Assembly: GCA_035630135.1 (NCBI GenBank)
Contig: DASQLF010000172.1
Location: 1-50,892, forward strand
Reading direction: 5' to 3'
DNA: 50,892 bases
Origin: Gaiellaceae bacterium
GTDB lineage: Bacteria > Actinomycetota > Thermoleophilia > Gaiellales > Gaiellaceae
Shown: positions 8,843 to 16,436 of the stretch, piece after piece
How the letters are laid out: the number at the start of each line of letters is the position of its first letter
Numbering within the stretch: the stretch's first letter is position 1
Notes under the pieces: model-generated
What the model saw: the letters and a program-made list of their open reading frames with translations, nothing else
Told to the model about the DNA's origin: nothing
Database searches by the model: none
Translations under genes and position numbers: made by a program

Positions 8843-9862
8843 TCAGTCGAGTACCGGCACACGTCCGTCGTGCACGCGGATCGAGACCCGCGACCCCAGA
8901 TCGACCACCTCGGTCGACGGGCGGTGCGAGACGAGCTCCACGCCGTCGAGCAGCACGCGGTAGAAGACGTCGTGACCGCGGAACTCGCGGGCGACGACCT
9001 CGCCGGCGCCGGCAGGTGAGGGCTCGAGCTCGAGGAGCTCGGGCCGGACGAGGACGCGGGCGGTGGAGGTCGATGTCGTCCCGTTTGCAGGGAACGTGCC
9101 GAGTGCCGTCTCGACGCGGCCGGCGACGACCCTCCCGGGCAGAACGTTCGCCGCGCCGACGAACTCCGCCGCCCACCGCGAGGCGGGGGCGAAGTAGAGC
9201 TCCTCCGCCGTTCCCTCCTGCACCACGGCTCCGTCGCGCATGAGCGCGATCCGGTCGGCGAACGAGAACGCCTCCTCTCGGTCGTGGGTCACGAGCAGCG
9301 CAGTGACCCCGAGCGGGCGGATGATGTCGGCTACCTCGCCGCGGAGCGTCTCCCGCAGGAAGGGGTCGACATTCGACCACGGCTCGTCGAGCAGGACGAG
9401 CGCGGGCGCGGGCGCCAGCGCTCGCGCGAGTGCGACCCGCTGCTGCTGTCCACCGGAGAGCTCGTGCGGATAGCGACTGCCGAGCCGCTCGAGCCCGACG
9501 ATCGCGAGCAGCTCCGGGACCCGCATGGCGCGTTCGCGACGCGGCAACCCGAAGCCGACGTTGCCGGCGACGGTCAGATGCGGGAAGAGCGCATAGTCCT
9601 GGAAGACCATGCCGACTCGCCGTGCCTCCGGTGCGACCCAGCATCCCGGTCCGGCGACGAGTCGCCCGTCGACGGCGACCGTCCCGGCGTCCGCCTGTTC
9701 GAAACCAGCAATCAGCCGCAACAGTGTCGTCTTCCCGCAGCCCGACGGGCCGAGGAGGGCGACGACCTCGCCGCGGGCGACGCATAGCGACGCCCCGTCG
9801 ACGGCCACGGCACTGCCGAAGCGCTTCGTAACGGCGTCCAGCCGGATCATCGTGCAGTCCAT
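8843..9862 (-). CDS. ABC transporter ATP-binding protein (FbpC/PotA-like, with C-terminal TOBE-like domain)
   Basis: GPSGCGKTTLL Walker A, LSGGQQQRVALARAL signature, LVLLDEP Walker B. The start is ATG 9862 (MDCTMIRL) or ATG 9850 (MIRLDAV). Confidence 0.9.
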   Translation of the reverse strand: MDCTMIRLDAVTKRFGSAVAVDGASLCVARGEVVALLGPSGCGKTTLLRLIAGFEQADAGTVAVDGRLVAGPGCWVAPEARRVGMVFQDYALFPHLTVAGNVGFGLPRRERAMRVPELLAIVGLERLGSRYPHELSGGQQQRVALARALAPAPALVLLDEPWSNVDPFLRETLRGEVADIIRPLGVTALLVTHDREEAFSFADRIALMRDGAVVQEGTAEELYFAPASRWAAEFVGAANVLPGRVVAGRVETALGTFPANGTTSTSTARVLVRPELLELEPSPAGAGEVVAREFRGHDVFYRVLLDGVELVSHRPSTEVVDLGSRVSIRVHDGRVPVLD

Positions 9863-9879
9863 GTAAGGGAAACCTTACA
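9862..9879 (-). promoter_or_regulatory. 18-bp perfect palindrome TGTAAGGGAAACCTTACA at the 5' end of the ABC operon; candidate repressor operator
   Basis: Read directly. It touches the first candidate ATG of the ATPase gene and lies 12 nt upstream of the second. 16 of 18 positions are identical to the 8801-8818 copy. Confidence 0.55.
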
Positions 9880-9973
9880 GGGGTTCGGCACAGAACAGTC
9901 GCTTGCGCGAGCCCCGTTCGGGCAGATCCTGGCGCGCAGGGCGTCGCCGGACTCGACGCTACGCTCGCCCACG

Positions 9974-11902
9974 GTGCCATACGCGGAGGTCTTCCCCCTC
10001 GTCACGGCCCGCGCGCTCGCGCGGGCCTTCACGTATCGCGTTCCCGACGACGTCACGCGCGGCGACGTCCTCTTGATCGGGCTTGCCGGCCGGCGCGTAC
10101 GAGGGGTCGTCGTCGAGGTGGGTGGCGACCCTCCCGAAGGGGTCGCAATCGCCGACGGGGGACGGGTCGTCGACCGCGTTCCGTCCGCGCTGGTCGAGCT
10201 CGCCCTCTGGCTCGCGGACTACTACGGCTCGACTCCGGCGCGCGCACTCGCGCTCGTCGCGCCGCACGCGGCCGCTCGGCGCGGAGCTCCAAGCGATCCG
10301 TCCTCACGCGACGCCTTCGGCGGCGAGCCCGAGCCGGACGCGCTCACACCGGCTCAGCGCGATGCGGTGGCGGAGGTCGTGGGTGCTCTCGACGGGGGCG
10401 GTGGCCACGTGCTGCTGCACGGGCCGACCGGAAGCGGGAAGACCGAGGTGTACCTGCAGGCGGCCGCGGCGGCACTCGAACGCGAACGCGGAGTCATCGT
10501 CCTCGTGCCCGAGATCGCCCTCACGCCGCAAACGGTCGGACGGTTCCGCGCGCGTTTCGGCGACCGCGTGGCGGTGCTCCACTCGGCGTTGACCGACGCC
10601 GAGCGCCGCGACGAGCGCGAGCGCATCGCGTCCGGCCGCGCGCCGATCGTGGTCGGGGCGCGTTCCGCGATCTTCGCGCCGGTCGGCCGGCTCGGGCTCG
10701 TCGTCGTGGACGAGGAGCACGACGCCTCGTTCAAGCAGGAGTCGGATCCACGTTACGACGCGCGGACGGTTGCCGCGAAGCGGGCGGCGCTCGAGAGCGC
10801 CGTCGCCGTGTACGGCAGCGCGACACCGCGCGCCGAGAGCTGGTCTCGCCTCGACCGGCTGGCGCTGCCGGCACGGATCGGCGCGCCGATGCCGTCCGTC
10901 AAGCTCGTCGACCTGAGGCGCGAGGCCGGCTACCCGCTCTCGGCCCCGCTCCTGGCCGAGCTGACGGCCGTGGGTGAACGCGGGGGACGCGCGATTCTCC
11001 TCCTCAACCGTCGCGGCATATCGGGGGCGATCCACTGCCGCGCGTGCGGCGTGACACGGCGTTGCGGGAGCTGCGACATCGCGCTGACCTTGCACGACGA
11101 CGGCCGCCTGCACTGCCACCACTGTGGCTTCTCCACCGAGCTGCCGGAGGCGTGCCCGGAGTGCGGATCGGTCGAGCTCGCGCGCATCGGGGCCGGCACG
11201 CAACGCCTCGACGCGGAGCTTGCGCGGCGGGTGCCCGGCCTCGAGCGGATCCGGCTCGACGCCGACACGACGGCTCGGCCCGGCGCGCTGCGCGAGGCGC
11301 TCGAGCGGTTCACGTCCGCTCGCTCCGCCGTGCTGGTCGGGACGCAGATGGTCGCGAAGGGCCATCACTTTCCCGGTGTCGAGGTCGCTGCGGTCGTCGA
11401 CGCCGACGCCGGCCTGGCGTTCCCCGACTTCCGCTCGGAGGAGCGGACGTTCCAGCTCGTGACGCAGCTGGCCGGCCGCAGCGGGCGCGACGCCCCCGGA
11501 CGCGTGATCGTGCAGACGTTCCAGCCGGATGCCACGCCCTTCATGTACGCCGTCCGGCATGACGTCGCCGGCTACCTCGCCTACGAGCTCGCGCGCCGCG
11601 AGGAGCTCGCCTACCCACCTTTTTCACATCTTGTTTCACTCGTCGTCTCGGGACCTGACCCGCGCGACGTGACGCGGGCGCTCCGGGAGCTGCGCGGTGC
11701 CCTCGACGCGCCGGAAGCGCGCCTGCTCGGCCCGGCGCCACTGCTCCGACTGAGGGGACGCCATCGCGCTCAGCTGCTGGCAAAGACGGCGGCGCCGCGC
11801 GCCTTCGCGACGCGTGCGGCGGCCGTTCTCGCGCGTTCCGCACCGGCGATGCGAAAGGACGGTCTGAGCGCCGTCGTCGACGTGGATCCACAGTCGCCGT
11901 AG
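9974..11902 (+). CDS. priA: primosomal protein N' (replication restart helicase PriA)
   Basis: GTG 9974. HGPTGSGKTEVY Walker A, VVDEEHD box, double zinc-ribbon CRACG..CGSCD...CHHCG...CPECGS, and VLVGTQMVAKGHHFPGV. Confidence 0.93.
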   Translation: MPYAEVFPLVTARALARAFTYRVPDDVTRGDVLLIGLAGRRVRGVVVEVGGDPPEGVAIADGGRVVDRVPSALVELALWLADYYGSTPARALALVAPHAAARRGAPSDPSSRDAFGGEPEPDALTPAQRDAVAEVVGALDGGGGHVLLHGPTGSGKTEVYLQAAAAALERERGVIVLVPEIALTPQTVGRFRARFGDRVAVLHSALTDAERRDERERIASGRAPIVVGARSAIFAPVGRLGLVVVDEEHDASFKQESDPRYDARTVAAKRAALESAVAVYGSATPRAESWSRLDRLALPARIGAPMPSVKLVDLRREAGYPLSAPLLAELTAVGERGGRAILLLNRRGISGAIHCRACGVTRRCGSCDIALTLHDDGRLHCHHCGFSTELPEACPECGSVELARIGAGTQRLDAELARRVPGLERIRLDADTTARPGALREALERFTSARSAVLVGTQMVAKGHHFPGVEVAAVVDADAGLAFPDFRSEERTFQLVTQLAGRSGRDAPGRVIVQTFQPDATPFMYAVRHDVAGYLAYELARREELAYPPFSHLVSLVVSGPDPRDVTRALRELRGALDAPEARLLGPAPLLRLRGRHRAQLLAKTAAPRAFATRAAAVLARSAPAMRKDGLSAVVDVDPQSP

Positions 11903-11908
11903 CAGTCC

Positions 11909-11938
11909 TGGCCAAGACGGCAATGTCCGCTTGGGCCA
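11909..11938 (+). terminator. possible hairpin terminator after priA
   Basis: TGGCCAAG-N13-CTTGGGCCA (8 bp with one bulge), 7 nt after the priA stop. There is no T-tract. Confidence 0.3.
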
Positions 11939-12001
11939 ATTGCGCGCTGCTCGAAGTCGGGATACATCGGGGTCATCCGGTTCCTCGAGAAGGAGACAGG
12001 C

Positions 12002-12334
12002 GTGAAACGAATCGCCATCGCGGTCGCAGTAGTCGTCGCTCTCGTCACGGCGTCGACAGCTCTGGCCGCCTATCAGTACGCGCCGCCGCGGCAATGGACA
12101 CCGGGCGCCGCGGCAGGAAGCACGTTCAGTCCCAATTGGTGGGTGAACTGGTTCGGGACGTACGGCGGCGGCACGGACAAGACCGTCACGTTCATCCGGA
12201 ACACGAACTACGGCTGGGTCAACACGAAGCGAGGAAGCTCCGACTACCTGGAGACGTACTCGCCGCTCGATGGAACGTACAAGGCTCATTGCGTCTCGCA
12301 CAGCTACTTCTGGGGCAGCTGCAATGTTCGATAA
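12002..12334 (+). CDS. small secreted aromatic-rich hypothetical protein (signal peptide; C-terminal Cys pair)
   Basis: GGAG 6 nt upstream of GTG 12002. MKRIAIAVAVVVALVTASTALA signal peptide. The mature ~86 aa are rich in W/Y/F and carry C..C near the end (HCVSHSYFWGSC). I recognise no family. Confidence 0.6.
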   Translation: MKRIAIAVAVVVALVTASTALAAYQYAPPRQWTPGAAAGSTFSPNWWVNWFGTYGGGTDKTVTFIRNTNYGWVNTKRGSSDYLETYSPLDGTYKAHCVSHSYFWGSCNVR

Positions 12335-12920
12335 GCGAGGCGGGAGACGGTGGCTTGCAGTTGGCATCGGCGTCGTGCTTGCGGGAGCTCTCGCGAGCGC
12401 GGTCGTGGCATCGCGCAGCGACGACGGCAGCGCGCTCAGCGCAGCCATTGGCGAGACCTCTCTGACGCAAGTCGCGGAGGTGCCTGCTGCCGACGGTGCG
12501 TCGGGTCGCGGAGTGTTCGTCCAGCTCACCAACACCGGACATCTCTGCGTCTGGGAAGCACTGTCTGCGATATCGCGTGAACGTGGGGGCGGTTGCAACA
12601 CCGCCGACGATCCGCTGAACGGCAACGCAGTCTCGGCGACGTTGAGCTACGACGGCGGTCCTGCCACGGCGGACGTCCAGAGTGCGTCGATCTTCGGTCT
12701 CGCGTCGGCGGAGGTTGCCAGCGCGTCCGTGTCGATGAGCGACGGAAGCTCGCGAGCGATCAAGCTGAAGAAGGCGAAGGTCGGCTCGGACGACTTCCAG
12801 GCGTTCGGATATCGCTTCAAGAAGTCGGACCTGAAGAAGGGCATCGGACCCACCGCGATCGTCGCGTACGACGCGAGCGGCGTCGAGCTCGGGCGGCAGC
12901 CCACGGGCATCGGGGGCTAG
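12324..12920 (+). CDS. membrane-anchored hypothetical protein (single N-terminal TM helix, extracytoplasmic domain)
   Basis: ATG 12324 overlaps the end of the previous gene by 11 nt. MFDKRGGRRWLAVGIGVVLAGALASAVVA anchor. The alternative ATG at 12270 is less likely. No family recognised. Confidence 0.55.
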   Translation: MFDKRGGRRWLAVGIGVVLAGALASAVVASRSDDGSALSAAIGETSLTQVAEVPAADGASGRGVFVQLTNTGHLCVWEALSAISRERGGGCNTADDPLNGNAVSATLSYDGGPATADVQSASIFGLASAEVASASVSMSDGSSRAIKLKKAKVGSDDFQAFGYRFKKSDLKKGIGPTAIVAYDASGVELGRQPTGIGG

Positions 12921-12932
12921 CTGTTCGGCCGT

Positions 12933-12959
12933 TGCGCGGCGGGCTAGACTCGCCGCGCA
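12933..12959 (+). terminator. perfect 9-bp hairpin directly abutting the def start codon (terminator of the upstream cassette and/or translation-initiation structure)
   Basis: TGCGCGGCG-ggctagact-CGCCGCGCA. The last stem base is at 12959 and the def ATG is at 12960. No SD is visible for def. Confidence 0.45.
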
Positions 12960-13562
12960 ATGGCCGACCACGAGCACAGCCACGACGAGCACAGCCACGA
13001 CGAGCACGACCATGACGAGAGCGTCGATGAGCAGGATCTCGAGCGCGAGGCGCGGAGACTCCTGGCGCTCTCGCGCGTCCGCCAGTACGGCGACACGGCG
13101 CTACGGATGAAGGCCCGCGAAGTCGAGACCTTCGACGACGACCTCGAGCGTCTGGTCGAGCGCATGACCTCGCTCATGCACGAGGCGAACGGGGTCGGGC
13201 TGGCGGCGACGCAGGTCGGCGTCCTCCGCCGCGTCTTCGTCTTCACGGCGGACGGTGAGGATCGCGTGCTGGTCAATCCGAGGATCACGAAGAGCTCGAA
13301 GGAGAGCGAGGTCGACGACGAGGGCTGTCTCTCGCTCCGCGACGTGTTGGTGCCGGTCGAGCGCCCGACGTCCGTCACGATCGAGGGCGTCGACACGAAG
13401 GGCGAGCCGCTGAAGCTCGAGCTCGAGCCGCCTGCGTCGCGGGTCGTCCAGCACGAGCTCGACCATCTCGACGGCGTCCTGATCATCGACCGCACGGACG
13501 ACGAGTCGCGGCGCGGGGCTCTCGCGAGACTCAGGCCTCAGCCGGTCCTCGGCGTGCGTTGA
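12960..13562 (+). CDS. def: peptide deformylase with His/Asp/Glu-rich N-terminal extension
   Basis: GVGLAATQVG (motif 1), EGCLS (motif 2) and QHELDHLDG (motif 3, HExxH). The N-terminus is MADHEHSHDEHSHDEHDHDESVDEQD. Confidence 0.93.
   Translation: MADHEHSHDEHSHDEHDHDESVDEQDLEREARRLLALSRVRQYGDTALRMKAREVETFDDDLERLVERMTSLMHEANGVGLAATQVGVLRRVFVFTADGEDRVLVNPRITKSSKESEVDDEGCLSLRDVLVPVERPTSVTIEGVDTKGEPLKLELEPPASRVVQHELDHLDGVLIIDRTDDESRRGALARLRPQPVLGVR
12972..13016 (+). repeat. 3 x 15-nt tandem repeat inside def encoding (EHSHD)(EHSHD)(EHDHD)
   Basis: GAGCACAGCCACGAC twice, then GAGCACGACCATGAC. Confidence 0.85.
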
Positions 13563-14365
13563 ACGCGCCGATCGCGGTCGCCGCGACCGCGGCGTTCGGC
13601 GCCGACGTCCTCGAACGGCTCGCCGCCTCGCACGAGGTGACATGCGTCTTGACCCGGCCCGATGCCCCGGCGGGCCGCGGGCGGACGCTCGCCCCGTCGC
13701 CGGCGAAGATCGCCGCCGAGCGCCTGGGGCTCCCGGTGGTTCAGCCCGAGAAGCTCGATGCGGGCCTCGACCTCGGCGCATCGGTCGTCGTCGCTGTCGC
13801 GTACGGGCTGATCGTCCCCGAGCCGGTGCTCGCCGAGCGGCTCTGGCTGAACGTGCACCCCTCGCTCCTGCCGCACTGGCGTGGCGCGGCACCGGTCGAG
13901 CGATCGCTCATGGCGGGGGAGAGCGAGACCGGCGTGTCGATCATCAAGCTCGTGGCAGAGCTCGACGCAGGCCCGATCGCCGCACAGGAGCGCTTGTCGG
14001 TCGCGCCGGAGGACGACGCCGGTGCCGTGTTCGCCCGCGCCGCCGAGGTCGCGTTCCGGCTCCTCGAGCCCGTGCTCGCCGATCCGGCTCCGACCTTGCG
14101 CGAACAGAGTGGCGAGGCGACGTATGCAGCCAAGATCAGTCCGGACGATCGTCGCCTCGATCTCGACCTTCCGCCACGCCAGCTCGTCGACAGGGTGCGT
14201 GCGCTGTCGCCGCACATCGGCGCACGGGCGGAGCTGCATGGCCGCGGGGTGACGGTCTGGAAGGCCCGGCTCGCCGACGACGGGTCGTTCGAGCCGGTCG
14301 ACGTGCAGCCCGACGGAGGGCGCCGGATGGAGTACGACGCATGGCTGCGCGGTCTTCGGCCGTAA
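13559..14365 (+). CDS. fmt: methionyl-tRNA formyltransferase (rather short)
   Basis: TTG 13559 overlaps the def stop. TRPDAPAGRGR, NVHPSLLPHWRGAAPVERS, and SIIKLVAELDAGPI. Confidence 0.88.
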   Translation: MNAPIAVAATAAFGADVLERLAASHEVTCVLTRPDAPAGRGRTLAPSPAKIAAERLGLPVVQPEKLDAGLDLGASVVVAVAYGLIVPEPVLAERLWLNVHPSLLPHWRGAAPVERSLMAGESETGVSIIKLVAELDAGPIAAQERLSVAPEDDAGAVFARAAEVAFRLLEPVLADPAPTLREQSGEATYAAKISPDDRRLDLDLPPRQLVDRVRALSPHIGARAELHGRGVTVWKARLADDGSFEPVDVQPDGGRRMEYDAWLRGLRP

Positions 14366-15588
14366 GCCCCGCCCGCGTGGCGGCCCATCGCGTCCTCCAG
14401 CGCGTCTTCGACGAGGATGCCTATGCCGACCGTGCTCTCCGTTCTCTCGCAACGCGTCTCGACGAGCGCGACCGCACCCTCGCGCAGCGACTGACCTATG
14501 GCACGGTGCAGCGGGTCAGAACGCTCGACCACGCGATCGAGACGCTCGGACGGCGGCGCGTACACCGGCTCGATCCTCCCGTGCGCGCCGCGCTGCGCCT
14601 CGGCGCGTACCAGCTCGGGTACGTGGACGGCGTCGCTCGCTACGCGGCGGTCAACGAGTCCGTCGAGCTCGTGCGCCGCGCGGGGCTCGAACGGGCGGTC
14701 GCCTTCACGAACGCCGTGCTGCGCCGGCTCGCGGACGGCATCGGGCCGCTGCTCGCATCGCTTCCCGAGGCGACGCCACTCGAGGCGGCGCTCAAGCACT
14801 CGTACCCGGACTGGGTCGCCGAGACGTGGTGGCGCGAACTCGGGACGCAGGAGGCGCTCGAGCTCATGCGAGCGCTGAACGAGCCTGGCGGCCCGATGGT
14901 GCGGCTCGTCCGCGGGGAGATCGACGGCACGCCTGACGCGGACGTTCCCGGCGCCTGGCACGTCGACCGGATCGACGAGGCCGCACTCGCCGAAGGTCGG
15001 ATCTGGCCGCAGAGCTCCGCCTCGCAGCTCGCCGGACTCGTCGTCGGCGCGCAGGACGGCGAGCGCACGCTCGATCTGTGTGCCGCTCCCGGCGGGAAGG
15101 CGACGATGCTCGCCGGGGACGTGACCGCAGTGGACGTCAATCCCGCGCGCGCGCGGGAGCTCGATGAGATGGCGCGCCGCCTGGGCGCCCGAAACGTCAC
15201 CGTCGTCGTCGCGGACGGCCGCGCCCTGCCGCCCGCGCTCACGAGCTTCGACCGCGCGCTCGTCGACGCGCCCTGCTCGGGCCTCGGCGTCCTGAACCGG
15301 CGCCCGGATCTGCGCTGGCGCGCCGAACCGCTCCCGGAGCTCCAGCTCGAGCTCCTGCGCGCCGCGGCGGAGCGGGTGCGTCCGGGCGGGACGATCGTCT
15401 ATTCGGTGTGCACGATCAACGCCGACGAGTCGGAGGCGGTGGTCGACGCTTCGGGGCTCGAGATCGACGCGACGCTCGCGGACGAGTGGCCGCAATTCCG
15501 GCACGCGCGCCGGCCCGAGTTCCTGCAGACGCTGCCGCACCGCCACGGCACAGCCGGGTTTTTCATCGCCCGGCTCACTGCGCGGTAA
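14341..15588 (+). CDS. rsmB: 16S rRNA (cytosine967-C5)-methyltransferase RsmB/Sun
   Basis: ATG 14341 overlaps the fmt end by 25 nt. NusB-like N-domain, DLCAAPGGKAT SAM site, DAPCSGLGV and YSVCT catalytic Cys motifs. Confidence 0.9.
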   Translation: MAARSSAVSPARVAAHRVLQRVFDEDAYADRALRSLATRLDERDRTLAQRLTYGTVQRVRTLDHAIETLGRRRVHRLDPPVRAALRLGAYQLGYVDGVARYAAVNESVELVRRAGLERAVAFTNAVLRRLADGIGPLLASLPEATPLEAALKHSYPDWVAETWWRELGTQEALELMRALNEPGGPMVRLVRGEIDGTPDADVPGAWHVDRIDEAALAEGRIWPQSSASQLAGLVVGAQDGERTLDLCAAPGGKATMLAGDVTAVDVNPARARELDEMARRLGARNVTVVVADGRALPPALTSFDRALVDAPCSGLGVLNRRPDLRWRAEPLPELQLELLRAAAERVRPGGTIVYSVCTINADESEAVVDASGLEIDATLADEWPQFRHARRPEFLQTLPHRHGTAGFFIARLTAR

Positions 15589-16399
15589 GGACTCGCCGAG
15601 CCTCCTCGACGTGGCGCGGAAGCCAGCCGTCGCGCTCGTCCCAGGCCCAGGCAAGGTTGTGAGCGACACCCCAGCCGCGAGCCCGCTCTCGATCGAAACC
15701 GAAATCCGCGAGCGCATCGAGCCAGCGTGAGACGTCGTCCGCATTGCGCAGGAGGCCGGTCGCCTCGAGCTCTCGCTCGCCGGCGAGCGGTTTCGGGTCG
15801 ATGACGAGCCACGGCTCGCGTGTCGCGCGCAGGACGTTGCCGCCGTGGAGGTCCTGGTTCACCAGCCACGTCGCCGACCGGTCGACGGTTCGGTAGACGT
15901 CGAGCGCCGTCTCGAGGAGCTCGCGCTCGAACGGCGTTCCCGCCTCCGCGTACCGCCACTGAACCTCCTCGGCCCAACGGTCGGCCTCGTCGGCCAGCAC
16001 CGTGAAGGGGTCAGCGTCCTCCAGGTCGATCTGGAGGGACGGAAGCAACTCGGTGACGACGTCGATCTGGTCGACGCGAGCGTGCCAGAGCTCGGTTCCG
16101 GGCCGGCAGCGCTCGAGCAGCAAGGCGCGGCGCTCGTCGTCGTGATCGAGCAGCCGGACCGCGCTGTTGCCGTTCCACACCCTGAGCGCATCTGCCTCGT
16201 GATCCGCCTCGGAGTGTGACGGCGCGTTGAGCTTCAGGACGACGTCGCCCGCAGGGATCACCAACGACGTCGGCGTGTCGATCGGATCCTCGAGCACGAG
16301 CGTCCACTTCTCCGCGCAGGCGACGACAAGCTCAGGTAGACGGGCGAGCCAGGTGGGCTCGTGGCTCCAGGTCTCCATCAGGGCCCGTGGGATGCGCAT
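15575..16399 (-). CDS. aminoglycoside/hydroxyurea-type phosphotransferase (APH(6)/StrA-like kinase fold)
   Basis: NQDLHGGNVL catalytic-loop-like motif, VIDPKP, and overall resemblance to streptomycin 6-kinase-type proteins. The 3' end overlaps the rsmB 3' end convergently by 14 nt. An alternative start lies at 16378. Confidence 0.7.
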   Translation of the reverse strand: MRIPRALMETWSHEPTWLARLPELVVACAEKWTLVLEDPIDTPTSLVIPAGDVVLKLNAPSHSEADHEADALRVWNGNSAVRLLDHDDERRALLLERCRPGTELWHARVDQIDVVTELLPSLQIDLEDADPFTVLADEADRWAEEVQWRYAEAGTPFERELLETALDVYRTVDRSATWLVNQDLHGGNVLRATREPWLVIDPKPLAGERELEATGLLRNADDVSRWLDALADFGFDRERARGWGVAHNLAWAWDERDGWLPRHVEEARRVLTAQ

Positions 16400-16436
16400 G
16401 CGCGGAGCGTACGGGCGCGCGTCCTAGGATCCGCCC

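Noticed and set aside
9880-9973. Possible promoter elements for priA (TTGCGC ... TACGCT about 9 nt before GTG 9974, which would imply a leaderless transcript).
   Set aside because: The hexamers are weak and many equivalent matches exist in GC-rich DNA. This cannot be supported without TSS data.
12972-13016. Considered whether the short tandem repeats (the His-rich 15-mers here and the GXY repeat at 49057-49122) could be CRISPR-like or other non-coding arrays.
   Set aside because: Both are in frame inside well-supported ORFs, have no spacers, and are far too short. No CRISPR array exists in the window.
16400-16436. Looked for an FMN (RFN) riboswitch in front of the ribD-ribE-ribBA-ribH operon.
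   Set aside because: Only 37 nt separate the divergent APH-like start and ribD. Neither this gap nor the ~200 nt upstream contains the conserved RFN core segments (GGGCAGGGTGAAATTCC.. / ..CCGACGGT.. type). A covariance-model scan would be the definitive check.
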